Origin: an uncultured virus (IMG/VR IMGVR_UViG_3300012000_000011)
Taxonomy: Duplodnaviria; Heunggongvirae; Uroviricota; Caudoviricetes
DNA: 64,000 nucleotides
Virus record (IMG/VR): IMGVR_UViG_3300012000_000011
Strand: one strand, 5' to 3'
Part shown: piece by piece, positions 1-11,000 of the stretch
Layout: each line of letters starts with the position of its first letter
Position numbering within the stretch: the first letter of the stretch is position 1
Translations under genes and position numbers: made by a program
The notes under the pieces: model-generated
Database searches by the model: none
What the model saw: only the letters and a program-made list of their open reading frames with translations
What the model was told of the DNA's origin: nothing

Positions 1-2905
1 AGCGAGCGTGGTTGGTGCGATACTTGGAGTTGATTTTGGTGGACTTAATCTTGGAAAAATAAAAGATATACTTGTTGGCAAAGACGGCATCATGATCATG
101 ATACAAAAAATGCTGCAAGGTGAAGCAGGTAAACCGGGATTGCTTCAAATCATAAATCAATTAGGCGATGATCCAGCACAGCTTAAAACTAAAGCAGATG
201 TGTTTACTTCTGTTGCAGCAGGTTTTGCGGCGATTATGAAGCCGATTGTTGATATCATTAAAGCTGTAACAGATGCCAGCGGAAACAGTCTTTTAGGAGT
301 TTTGTTTGGAGGAAACCCAGAAAACGAAATAAGACAAGTTATAAAGCTTCTTTTGGGAGAAGGAACTACAGGTATATTTACATTGCTTTTTGGTTCAACA
401 AACGGTTTGGTACCAAAAATTATTGAACAAATAAAGAACATTAATGTTGGTCAAGGTGACGCTCTTAAAGCAGGCGCAGAAGTTTTCAAGTCGGTCGCAA
501 CAGGTATTGCAGCAATAGTTCAAGTTGTTCCAAAAATGATTGGAGCCGTAACAGAACTCGCTGACGAAATACCAGATGAAAACGTAATACCAACGTTAGA
601 CAAGGTAAAAGATATTTTTACTAGCATTATTAGCCATACCTCTGGCATTATAACATCTGTTGGCACAGCCATAACAAACCTGTTAAAAGAAACAACGGTG
701 ACGCCAGAAAAACTAAAAGAAGCGGGGGCTATTGGAGAGATTTTCAAAGGAGTTGGAGAGGTGCTAAAAGCCGTCACACCTTCTCCCGCAACGTTGAAAG
801 CGTTTCAAGAAACTTCAAGTTCAAGTGGGGAATATAGTAGTTCGTCCAGTATTAATTCGGAAAAATTACGAAGTTATATAACGGATATGACCACTAACTT
901 ACGCAACATAGTTGGAAACAACGATTCTGGTATATTGGGAATGCTTCGATTGATTGTCAATATGCCTTTCTCTGTGGAAGATATTGATAAGCTTAAAGGT
1001 GTTGCTCCTATCATTTCAGCTATTGGAAACTTGATAACCAACATCGTTCCAAGTCAAAACATCTTGGATCGTATTACTCAAGACGTTTCTGGAAATGATT
1101 CTCAAGGCGGCAAAGCTGGTGATAACAGAAACCGTATAAAGTGGTTTATGGAAAACGTTACCAACAACATTAATGCAATTATACCAACAATCAAAACTTT
1201 CATTGTTGATGTAGCTCGTGCCATAAGCAACATCGATGCATCTAAAATTGAAGGTTTAAAGGTTATTTCACCAATAATCGCTGCTGTTGGTTCTTTGATT
1301 GGCAGCATTATGCCTGCAACCAACATTCTAGAACGGATAACAACAACTAGCGGTGCAGGTGGATTGTCCGAAGACCAAATGAAAAAAAACAAGGAAAAAA
1401 TTACGGATTTTTTCACTAGCATCAACGGGTATATAACCGCATTGATGTTTGGCGAACAAACATCTTCTGGTGGCACACAAGCAACAGGCGGCATTGTTTT
1501 GTTTATAAACAAAATGAAAGATATATTGAACGAAACTGGTTTGGACGAAACAAGAATAAAAGGTTTAACGGTTTTTTCAGAAATTATCAAAACGATTTCT
1601 TCTATGATTGTGCCTTTGATTGGAGCCGTTCATGAATTGACTTCTGGAGTAAGTTCGGCAGGAGACGCAGGAAGAATATATCAAGCTGGTACACAAATAA
1701 CCGCAGTTATTCAAGCGTTGTCATCATCAATTCAAAGTGTATTCAATCTCATTCCAACTTTGATTTCTGCTATCGCAGGTATGAACTTCGACACAAAAGC
1801 TATTGATTCCAAGATAAGAGCTGTTAAAGGAATATTTGAGCTTGTTGGTGTTATCGCTATGATGACAACTGGAATGAGCGAAGAAGTCACAGATGCGAGA
1901 GGTGTAAAAACCAAGAAAATACGAGACATATTGGAAATGATTAACCCTCCGCTAAACTTGATTATTGGCTTGTTTAGCAAACGAGACATTGGATCGGGGG
2001 CTGGAACGGTACGTGGCTATGGAGCCACAACCGAAGCTGCTTTTAACGCTCTTGCATCGTTTAGATTACCTGACGGTCTTGCATCAAAAGCAAAAGTAAT
2101 TAAAACTGTTTTCGAGGCTCTTAAAGCTCTTGTTGATGCAACCAAGTCTTTGAAAGAAATGGCAGATCAAAATCAGACAGTAATTCCTCAAACTATTTTG
2201 GATAAACCATTGCAAAGCATTAACAATATGCTTGCAAGTTTGACAAGCACAGGAACTTCTGGAGGAACTAACCCGTTGATGAATACGGATCGGGGCAATC
2301 CGTTTAGTAAGCTTGGTGGAATTGCCGATAGACTTAGAACTGCCGGTGTAAGATTTGGTGGCATATATGGTGGTTTGCGTGGTATGTTGGATGCAACTAA
2401 TTCTTTGTCAAGAATGCAATCAACTGGTTTATCATCTAACACGCTTAGTTTAAATCTTTCGAAGTTACTTGGCAACGACTCTGCTGCAACCGGAAATGAT
2501 AGATCGGTTCTTCAAGTTTTAGAATCGTATTTTGGTGCTAGTACCGCACAAGATACAGCCAATCGCTTCAGCAATCTCAAAGACAACATCTCACGAACAA
2601 TTCTTACTCCTGTAAGAGATATGATTCAATCTTACAACGATTTCTCTAGACAACTAAGAAATCTTGGTAGTGGCACGGCTCCTCTTCAAGTGACACTAGA
2701 CAATCTTGGCTCTAGATTGGGAGCCACTCGTAGAGTGACAATTAGCAACGCTGCTGTTAACGCTACAATCAACGTTAACGTTAGAATGGAAGTTGGAGAT
2801 GTTGTACAAGCACTTCATACTCACACATCTTCAACAAGAACACAAGCAAATCCACGAACGTTTAAACCCGATGTATTTACCAATGCATACCCAAACTCAC
2901 CATGA
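1..2905 (+). CDS. Tail tape-measure-like protein, 5'-truncated by window edge
   Basis: Long Ala/Gly/Ile-rich amphipathic helical ORF with imperfect internal repeats (LKGVAPIISAIGNLITNIVPSQNILDRIT / LKVISPIIAAVGSLIGSIMPATNILERIT); precedes tube-initiator/LysM/hub genes; frame open at window start. Confidence 0.65.
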   Translation, partial: ASVVGAILGVDFGGLNLGKIKDILVGKDGIMIMIQKMLQGEAGKPGLLQIINQLGDDPAQLKTKADVFTSVAAGFAAIMKPIVDIIKAVTDASGNSLLGVLFGGNPENEIRQVIKLLLGEGTTGIFTLLFGSTNGLVPKIIEQIKNINVGQGDALKAGAEVFKSVATGIAAIVQVVPKMIGAVTELADEIPDENVIPTLDKVKDIFTSIISHTSGIITSVGTAITNLLKETTVTPEKLKEAGAIGEIFKGVGEVLKAVTPSPATLKAFQETSSSSGEYSSSSSINSEKLRSYITDMTTNLRNIVGNNDSGILGMLRLIVNMPFSVEDIDKLKGVAPIISAIGNLITNIVPSQNILDRITQDVSGNDSQGGKAGDNRNRIKWFMENVTNNINAIIPTIKTFIVDVARAISNIDASKIEGLKVISPIIAAVGSLIGSIMPATNILERITTTSGAGGLSEDQMKKNKEKITDFFTSINGYITALMFGEQTSSGGTQATGGIVLFINKMKDILNETGLDETRIKGLTVFSEIIKTISSMIVPLIGAVHELTSGVSSAGDAGRIYQAGTQITAVIQALSSSIQSVFNLIPTLISAIAGMNFDTKAIDSKIRAVKGIFELVGVIAMMTTGMSEEVTDARGVKTKKIRDILEMINPPLNLIIGLFSKRDIGSGAGTVRGYGATTEAAFNALASFRLPDGLASKAKVIKTVFEALKALVDATKSLKEMADQNQTVIPQTILDKPLQSINNMLASLTSTGTSGGTNPLMNTDRGNPFSKLGGIADRLRTAGVRFGGIYGGLRGMLDATNSLSRMQSTGLSSNTLSLNLSKLLGNDSAATGNDRSVLQVLESYFGASTAQDTANRFSNLKDNISRTILTPVRDMIQSYNDFSRQLRNLGSGTAPLQVTLDNLGSRLGATRRVTISNAAVNATINVNVRMEVGDVVQALHTHTSSTRTQANPRTFKPDVFTNAYPNSP

Positions 2906-3096
2906 TACCTAAAAATATACACGAACAAATATTTGCGAATCCTGTTTTAAAAGGAATCTTAGAACAAATCGAAGATCCAAAAGAAAAGGAAAAAACAATA
3001 AAAGCCATTGAAGGCATGTTAAACGAAATGCAAGGCAAGTTTAATGGACTTGCTAGTGCTTATGAAGAAATATCCAAAAAACAAGGCAAAGAATAG
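2902..3096 (+). CDS. Small hypothetical helical protein
   Basis: 64 aa, ATGA overlap with previous stop. Confidence 0.6.
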   Translation: MIPKNIHEQIFANPVLKGILEQIEDPKEKEKTIKAIEGMLNEMQGKFNGLASAYEEISKKQGKE

Positions 3097-3115
3097 TTAT
3101 CTAACAAGGTAACGT

Positions 3116-6100
3116 ATGTCCCGAATTATACCACCAGATGAAAATCTTTTAAACGCTCCGAATGCTGAAGCACCAGCACAAGGAATCACACCAAATGGTG
3201 AAAGAATTCCAGTTGTTACATCACCACGGCGTTTATCAATTTTCTATCAAAGCGGGGACACATCACCAACAACACCAGTTCTTAACCAAGAAGTTGATAT
3301 AGCTCAACCAATAATTGAAAAACTAGTTGAATATACTTCTGAAAGATCGCAAGTTAACAACATTCCCATAACTGGATTGCCTGTTCAAAAAGTTGGTTTT
3401 CCAAACATCGAAGACGAAAATCAACCAAAGTATATCGATACAAGTAGAATCCCAAACGCTAACACAGAGTTTAACAGTAAACCTACGCAATTTGCAGTTG
3501 AACTCGTAACACCAGACCCATTTGGTGTTAACTATAAAAACGATAACGCTGAAGGTCCAAGAAACTTCAACCTCAATTTCTATCAAAAACAATTCATTAA
3601 TGCAAACAATGCTCTTGGTCACGGTATTATAGTTGACGAAACATTGTTGGCAACAAGAGGGCACAACAACGTTAACAAAACTATAACACCACAAATCTCT
3701 CAAAACAAAAACGATGGAAGAATAACTCTTGGTTCTTATTTTTATAAGAACATAGGAAATGGGGTTAACTATGTTTCTGGGAGTTATGTAAGAACAACAG
3801 GGGAAACACAAACCGATGCTCCTGCAATGACCATCGATCAAATGAAGGTTATTGGTCTTAACTTAATGTTTGAAGCTGTTCAAGGTGATGCAGGATTCGA
3901 TTATACTATAAGAGAAGAAAACGCAGGTTCTAAAATAGAAGCCGAAGCTAGAATGGCTTTCCCTTCGCCACAAAGAATTGGTAAGCGTGTAAGTCTTAAT
4001 AGATTCACTCCAGCGTATCAAATAAAAAAGCTAACTGGTGTTGAACAACCAGAAAACAATAACTTTTTCGACACAACCAAAGACGTTCAAACATATGGAT
4101 CGTTTTATAACGTTTACGCACAGTTTGATTCTCTTATTTCATTAGGTCAAATTGCTCTTGCGGTTGCAATGATTTTGGCATTTGTGTTGTTGTTAAACGT
4201 TCTTACTGCGCTTATAAACTTGCGAAAAGATCCTGATCCAAGTGCTGCAAAATCATTTGCGTACCTCGACAATAATGAAAAACAAAGATTGTTGGGCGCA
4301 TCTGTTTTGCAAAACTCTGGTGTGTATCCATTAGCCAATATTGATGGTGGAGATATCATTTCACAGTTTCTTGGCACTCAAGGTATATTTTCTTATACCC
4401 GTCACCAAACAGAAGATTGTTTAAATGCAGGCATCCAAGAGTTTTTTGGTTTTAGTTTTCTTTTTGGAGGAAGTCTCGCAACTACAGCAACAGCAGGACA
4501 ACAAGCTGCAAATGCATCTTTAAAGGTTCTAACAGAAAGCGGAAGATTAAATGTTATCCTTAGAGAGCTTTTAAGAAGCGGGATTACATTGATTGAAGAC
4601 ACTGCGGTAGACTTTAGCGGTGGTGTATCTATTGCTGGTATTGGAAACCTTATCCGCAAGATTCGTGATCTTAAGATTGTTCGCTTTATAAATGTTTTGT
4701 TGGGTATTGGTGACAAAATTAAGTTTGAAAATGACATTTCAATCGAAGCCGTAACAAATATAAATAGAAATGCATTTGGTGGAAGTCTATCATTAACAGG
4801 TAGTAACGTTTCGTATGTTGACAGTCTTCCAGACAATCGAAGCAATGCTATAGCAAAATCTCGTACAAGCGCAGGTGGTTTGATTTGGAATAACTCACAG
4901 GCAGGGATGCTTAGTCTTCCTTTGGTTGGTAGCGATGTTCGTGGCCCGAATGCAAACGCAGGTATATACAATCAAACTATCGCTTTTAGTACAATAGGCA
5001 AGGCACCATCGGGATCAGTGAGTCGTTGGCAAGAAATGGGTTTAAGTTCTGTAGAAAGAGGTATTGCCGTTGGGAATATGTCTGACTTTCTTGGATTCGA
5101 TGAAGAACAAGCTCTTCAAAATGGCAGGATTCCAAAAAGTGTTGTTGACGATGTGGAAAATAGATTAGAAGCAGATTATATGCCGTTTTACATTCATGAT
5201 CTTAGAACAAATGAAATCTTGTCATTCCATGCGTTTTTAGAAGATGCTAGCGAAGATTTTCAAATCGAATATAGTGCCCAAGACGGTTATGGGCGCATGG
5301 ACAAAGTACAAATCTATAAAGGAACATCAAGAAACATATCGGTAAACTTTAAAATGATTGCAACAAATGTAAACGATCATGATCTTATGTGGTATAAAAT
5401 CAACAAGTTGGCAATGATGATATATCCGCAATGGACACAAGGTAGAAAAATTGAAGTTGGAAACTTAAAGTTTACTCAGCCTTTTTCGCAGATTCCCGGC
5501 GCAACACCTGTGATACGTTTGCGTCTTGGTGATCTTTATAAAGCAAACTACAGCAAGATGGCTGTCGCAAGGTTGTTTGGTATAACAACCAACAGCGAAT
5601 ATAACGTTAACGGAAGCCGTGGTGCAACACAACAACGCACACCACCAGCCCCGCAGGCAGGAAATCCAGCGCAAACTTCGGCTCAAACATACCGAACAAA
5701 AGCAAATAATATGAGCAATATTGCTGCTGGCACCTATCGACTTGGTTTACAAAATGTGCAACCGGCTTCTTCAACAAGCGAAAGAACTAGGCGTTCTGGT
5801 TCTTCTGTTGGAACTTATGCGCTGGCTGATGTTTTTTCTCCAAATGATAAACTAGTTTTTAACAGTATTCCAAACCTTGATCGATATAAACTAGCAGGCG
5901 GGGCAACAGTAGGCACTATTCCAACAAATAGAAGCAATCCTTATGGCAGGATTATTGTTAGAGTCGATAGCGTGCAAACTTCTGGTCGTGACGCTGGTAT
6001 AAGAATTGTACCAGAAAAGTATATTTTTGATGCTGTTGCTCCGGGGTCAAGCCCCGCAGATATTCGATCTCGGCCTTCAATAAATATTGTTACAGCAAAC

Positions 6101-6700
6101 GGCCTCGAACCAACACCAATATTAATCAAACTTAATGAGCTCAATCAAACTAGAAACGGCATGTTTGACGATGATAACACGAGAGCTTTGTTTGCTTCGT
6201 TGGCAAGCAATGAACAATCCACACAAGCACAAGAAAGTGGGCAAGCTACAACTCCTGCGGCACAAGAAGCAGCTTTGAGTTCATTAACTCCGAATGTATT
6301 TTACGATGACACTAGAAACCCCATCATGAAAGCTTTTAACTCTTCTGGTGGCAAAGGTCTGGCAGGAGTTATAACAAGCTTTAAGGTTGACTATAGTGAA
6401 GCAAAAGCTAACTGGGGAACTGATGGTAGTGAGTTGTTGCGGGCTCCTATGTTTGTTACAATCCAGCTACAAATGGCTGTTATCCATGATATCACACCGG
6501 GTCTTGATGCAAATGGCATCATGAACGCACCAATTTGGCCGGTTGGTAAAGCTTCAAACTACTTTATTCAGAATCCATCCGACTCTTCTGTACAGACACA
6601 AACACCTAGAGCTGGCCAGCCAGCTACAAATCAAGTTGGAAACATTGATAAGTTTGCGGTTGACGGTACAGTTCCTTTGTATTATAACAGGAAAGATTGA
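3116..6700 (+). CDS. Baseplate/tail-tube-initiator-like structural protein (gp48/gp54-like domain in C-terminal half)
   Basis: Segment YMPFYIHDLRTNEILSFHAFLE...GYGRMDKVQIYKGTSRNISVNFKM...PVIRLRLGDL resembles tube-fold baseplate proteins; position after tape measure. Confidence 0.55.
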   Translation: MSRIIPPDENLLNAPNAEAPAQGITPNGERIPVVTSPRRLSIFYQSGDTSPTTPVLNQEVDIAQPIIEKLVEYTSERSQVNNIPITGLPVQKVGFPNIEDENQPKYIDTSRIPNANTEFNSKPTQFAVELVTPDPFGVNYKNDNAEGPRNFNLNFYQKQFINANNALGHGIIVDETLLATRGHNNVNKTITPQISQNKNDGRITLGSYFYKNIGNGVNYVSGSYVRTTGETQTDAPAMTIDQMKVIGLNLMFEAVQGDAGFDYTIREENAGSKIEAEARMAFPSPQRIGKRVSLNRFTPAYQIKKLTGVEQPENNNFFDTTKDVQTYGSFYNVYAQFDSLISLGQIALAVAMILAFVLLLNVLTALINLRKDPDPSAAKSFAYLDNNEKQRLLGASVLQNSGVYPLANIDGGDIISQFLGTQGIFSYTRHQTEDCLNAGIQEFFGFSFLFGGSLATTATAGQQAANASLKVLTESGRLNVILRELLRSGITLIEDTAVDFSGGVSIAGIGNLIRKIRDLKIVRFINVLLGIGDKIKFENDISIEAVTNINRNAFGGSLSLTGSNVSYVDSLPDNRSNAIAKSRTSAGGLIWNNSQAGMLSLPLVGSDVRGPNANAGIYNQTIAFSTIGKAPSGSVSRWQEMGLSSVERGIAVGNMSDFLGFDEEQALQNGRIPKSVVDDVENRLEADYMPFYIHDLRTNEILSFHAFLEDASEDFQIEYSAQDGYGRMDKVQIYKGTSRNISVNFKMIATNVNDHDLMWYKINKLAMMIYPQWTQGRKIEVGNLKFTQPFSQIPGATPVIRLRLGDLYKANYSKMAVARLFGITTNSEYNVNGSRGATQQRTPPAPQAGNPAQTSAQTYRTKANNMSNIAAGTYRLGLQNVQPASSTSERTRRSGSSVGTYALADVFSPNDKLVFNSIPNLDRYKLAGGATVGTIPTNRSNPYGRIIVRVDSVQTSGRDAGIRIVPEKYIFDAVAPGSSPADIRSRPSINIVTANGLEPTPILIKLNELNQTRNGMFDDDNTRALFASLASNEQSTQAQESGQATTPAAQEAALSSLTPNVFYDDTRNPIMKAFNSSGGKGLAGVITSFKVDYSEAKANWGTDGSELLRAPMFVTIQLQMAVIHDITPGLDANGIMNAPIWPVGKASNYFIQNPSDSSVQTQTPRAGQPATNQVGNIDKFAVDGTVPLYYNRKD

Positions 6701-6708
6701 GTTAAGAA

Positions 6709-7002
6709 ATGGCAACTAGCAGATATCTTTTAACTCCTAGAATCAATTTCAGTGCTCAGTATGGTACAAGCGATACTGTGTCTAAAATTCGAAATGCAAT
6801 TGCAAACAATCAAATTCAAGTTACAGTTATCTTCTTGAAAGAAGTTATACGTTTAGATGTATTAGCTGGACAATATTATGGTGATGGAAAATATTACTGG
6901 CTTATTGCCGCTGCAAGTAACATTGGTTGGTCAGTTCAAATTCCTCCCAACACAAGAATCGTGATTCCAAACCTCCAGCAAGCACTTCAGTTCTTAGGTT
7001 GA
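6709..7002 (+). CDS. LysM-like baseplate wedge protein (gp53/tail X-like)
   Basis: RLDVLAGQYYGDGKYYWLIAAASNI...IVIP is the typical LysM-like baseplate signature. Confidence 0.75.
   Translation: MATSRYLLTPRINFSAQYGTSDTVSKIRNAIANNQIQVTVIFLKEVIRLDVLAGQYYGDGKYYWLIAAASNIGWSVQIPPNTRIVIPNLQQALQFLG
6950..6998 (+). repeat. 49-nt direct repeat copy 1 (3' end of LysM-like gene)
   Basis: acacaagaatcgtgattccaaacctccagcaagcacttcagttcttagg; 48/49 identical to 7996-8044. Confidence 0.97.
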
Positions 7003-7006
7003 GAGA

Positions 7007-7038
7007 AACCTCCCCTCTCTACTATATATCATAGAGGT
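7007..7038 (+). promoter_or_regulatory. RBS-sequestering hairpin with putative late promoter (TATATA) in loop
   Basis: acctc/ctcta arm complementary to tagaggt (SD gaggtg of 7044 ORF); loop actatatatc. Confidence 0.6.
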
Positions 7039-7043
7039 GATAA

Positions 7044-8048
7044 ATGGAATACGATTACAATGGTTTTTCACTTAAATCTGGTGTTTATAAACTGACCAAC
7101 AAGCTTAATGGCAGAGTCTATATTGGTTCTGCTAGAGAATTCAAAGAACGTTGGAGAGAGCACACCAAACGTCTTAAGAGCGGCAATCACAGCAATAAGT
7201 TTTTGCAAGCTGATTACAACAAGTGTGGTGAAGATGTTTTTGTGTTCGAAGTTATTGAAGTGATTGATGGACCACAAGAGAACAGACTGTTAGTGGAACA
7301 AAGATATATCGATCAACATTATGATGACCAACAACAGTGTTATAACTTAACACGCTCTGTTAATAAGAGAGGTCCAAAGTGTCACTCATACAACCCAGAG
7401 AAGACAGCGGCAAAAAGAAAAGAAAATCCAAATAAACATCGATGGAGTGAAGAAGAAAAGAAGGTTATATCTGAAAAGTTGCGTGGGCATATTGTTTCAG
7501 AGGAGACAAGACAAAAGTTACGAGAACGAAATATAGGTAAAAAACACACCGAAGAGTCCAAGCATAAGTGTTCAAAGTCGAACAAAGGAAAACATAAAGA
7601 ACGTTTAATGAATCCAGAGATAAGGCAAAAAGCGATAGAAGCTTCGATTCTTTCTAAGAAAGGAAAACCAGCTTGGAACAAAGGTAAAGTATGCACAAAA
7701 GAAGAAGTCGAGAAGATGTCTCTGAGAGCGAAAGAGCAGTATGCAAATAATCCAGATATAAAAAGAAAACTCAGAGAAGCCAATCTTGGAAAAAAACAAT
7801 CAGAAGAAACCAAGCGTAAACGAATAGAGAAACTTCAGAAACCTATAAAAGCAATAAGTCTTGATACTGGTTTAGAGACTATCTACCCAAGTATAAAGAA
7901 AGCGTGTGAAGAGTTGGGAATATATGATTCATACATTTATCAATTTTTTAAAGGCAAAGTAAAATCGGTAAAAGGATATATTTTTGAGATGGTAGACACA
8001 AGAATCGTGATTCCAAACCTACAGCAAGCACTTCAGTTCTTAGGATAA
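7044..8048 (+). mobile_element. Free-standing GIY-YIG homing endonuclease (NUMOD3-like repeats, C-terminal HTH) ending in the duplicated host-gene C-terminus
   Basis: SGVYKLTNKLNGRVYIGS..R..H, conserved E and YN; repeats HxxSEETRQK; ends TRIVIPNLQQALQFLG identical to upstream protein end. Confidence 0.92.
7996..8044 (+). repeat. 49-nt direct repeat copy 2
   Basis: Matches 6950-6998 with one synonymous change (CTC/CTA). Confidence 0.97.
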
Positions 8049-8052
8049 AACA

Positions 8053-11000
8053 ATGTTGTACCTAGATACCGAGAACTCAGTTTTAAATCCCGCCGCCATT
8101 CGTGCAATCAAAAACACAAGATTAGGTGAATTAAAGAGAATCTTTGGTGTTTATTTTGGTTTCACAACAGCTACAGAATTAGCGAATTATTTTGCTTTGT
8201 CTCAAGCGATTGGTAACGCTGCTGCTGCTGAAACCAATCCAGAAACTAGAGGAGCTGCCGGATCAGCTTCAAGCGTTGCAGCTTCTAGAAGAGATTTAAA
8301 CGTTAGAGTTGATCCTTTGTTGGCACCTGTTTTTGCTATATTGTTAGACACAGGTGGTGGGTCAAAGAAAATATTGCCGAGCGACGGCGACAGTACAGCG
8401 ATAATGACTCAACTTAACGGATTACTGCAAGGTACCGGACAAAACCTTTCAAATATCAAACATTCAATTTCAAGATGTGTAAAAATTCACGTTGACCCAG
8501 AAGCAATAACAACAGTAACAGAATTAATTAACAGCAAGCCAGATAAAATTATATTTAACGACTTAGATCGAGCTTTGCCGGTAATGGCAAACGAAGACAC
8601 ACGTTTTAAAAAAAGAATTTCTGTTATTAGAGCAGAACATCCATTGTTGATACCGGGAGAAAAAAACGGAGAATTTCTCACTGTGTTTTTTAATGGTATG
8701 CCTGCGTTGGAAATGACAAGAGCAATACCAGTAATGAACGTAAAGTTTTATTCATCAAGACAAGTTTTTGAAGAAAACAAACTTGCTGCGATTACATTGC
8801 AAAAATTCGTTGAAGGAGCTAAAACAATAGCATCAACAATAGAAGACTTACCAATAAGAGCTATAGCTTTAGCTAGCCAAGTACCAACAGGTTCTATTCC
8901 CGGTCAACTAGCAACAGCTAGAGATTTTCCGAACTATACTGTAACAGGTCTTGAATTGTTTCGTGCGCCACAAACAATGATTAATCAAGAAACAGCAAGA
9001 AACAGAGAAAACTATCTTGCTCCAATAATCGATCCAATGCGTCCATTGGCTTCGATTAAATCGTTCAGTATGGATGTAAAAAGCGCATACGGCTTACAAG
9101 GAACTCGCACAGCAACGTTGGAAATAGTTCTGCATGACAGATCTAGAATGGGTGAGTTTGCAGATTTCATCAAACCAGATCGATATGGTGAATCTTTCAT
9201 AGAAGTAGAATATGGTTGGTCACATCCAGATCGTTTAGGCGAAAACCCTTATGCTGATCTTTTAAACCTTACAAGAGCAGTTGATCATTTCACTGTTGTA
9301 GGAAGCAACTTTAGCTTTGATGATGTTGGGCAAGTTAATCTCACTTTAAGTTTGATTGGCCGAGGTTCTTCTGAAATAACCGAACTTTCAATTATTGGAC
9401 AAGACGCAGCCGGACGCATACAAACTCAAATAAGACAAATCGAAAGACTTTCTGAAACCATTAACCAACTTTCTGGATTGGTGTTTCCTCCTCCACCAGA
9501 AAACCGTAACGGAAATACCAATCAACGAAGAACAGAAGTTCGTGGGGCTCAAGGATTAAGTGCAGCCAGTGATGCAACGAACAATTTACTTTTGTCAAAA
9601 GAAGTTTTGGATTCTTTGCGAAAACTGCAAACAGATTTAAATGGTTTAGCAAGCAGTTCAAACCGAAATATTGGAAGAAGACAAAACGCAATAGAATTAC
9701 AACGAGCACTACGTCAGCTTATATCTGGAACAACGAATCTTGGTGGTAGTGCCACTAGCCCATCTACAAACTCTGCAATTTCTGCCATTGCCAGAACACT
9801 CAACCAAGAGGTGCGAGAAATTCTAAATAAATTAAATCCAGTTCCTCAAGGAACAAGAAGAACAAGAGATAATTGGTACGGAGATACTTTTTTGTCAGAA
9901 ATGCCCGCCGAAGCTTGGGATAAATTGAAAACAAGAATCGATACCACACGAACAACTCGTGGTTTGCAACCAGAGATTTCAAACACTCAACTCCCTTCAA
10001 CCAACAATAATGCGGCCTCGGCTCGAACCGTAGCGGGTGAAAACCCAGTTGATCGATTTAATGGTGCGGCAGTTGTTTCTTTAGGAACTTTGATTTCTGC
10101 ATTTGTTGGAAAACCTTTAGCTGCTTTGAAAACAGGTGACAATCCAAAATTCGAAGAAGTACAGTTATATTTTTATAACTTTAACAATCGAGCTAGTATC
10201 ATGAGTCATTGTAACATATCTCAGTTTCCTGTGCAAACAGATTATTTCGTTAGAGAATATGGTAGACTACGCATGGAAAACGTTGGTAGATCCGTTAACT
10301 TAAGCGTTAGCGAGTTCATGAATTTCATATCAACAAAAATCGTTGACGATGTGTTAAATCCTGCATATGGAATAAATGACTTGTACAAATATGATAGAAA
10401 TGAATTGGTACCAAACAATCGTAATTTCGATAGTGAAATGTACGTTCGGATGCAACGAAACAACATTGGGCACCATACGGATTTTGTTCCGCCACAGTTA
10501 ACTTTTGAAATCGAAGCAACTGAAGCTGTTATTGATGGAAGAATACAACAAGGAAGAAGCATTCTCAAGATTCACATATATGACAAAGCTTGTTCCCCAA
10601 ACAGTAGCTATAGAGAAATTCTATCTCTTGGAACAAACAATGTTTTAAGTGTTTTAAGTTCTTATCCCGGCGACAATGCCCAACGTCAAGCTCTTGAAAC
10701 TCAAGCCAGAGAACGTAGAGAAGATATTGGAGTGTTAAGAGAAAACTGGCGGCAGCTACAAAGCGATATTGTGCAACGTTGTTCGGCACCACCAAGATTA
10801 ATCGAAAGAATACAACAAGCAACTGACGCTAATGGTAGAGCTGTTGAGCAATATCGATTTGTTGGAGGTGCTCAACAACTTAAAGAATTTGTTATGAGAG
10901 GAATTCCTCATATCATCTATGGTGCGATGGGAACAACTGTTCGTTCTTCTAACGTTGGCTCAATGAGCGATCCTAACTTAAACACAATCAACATGTTGCG

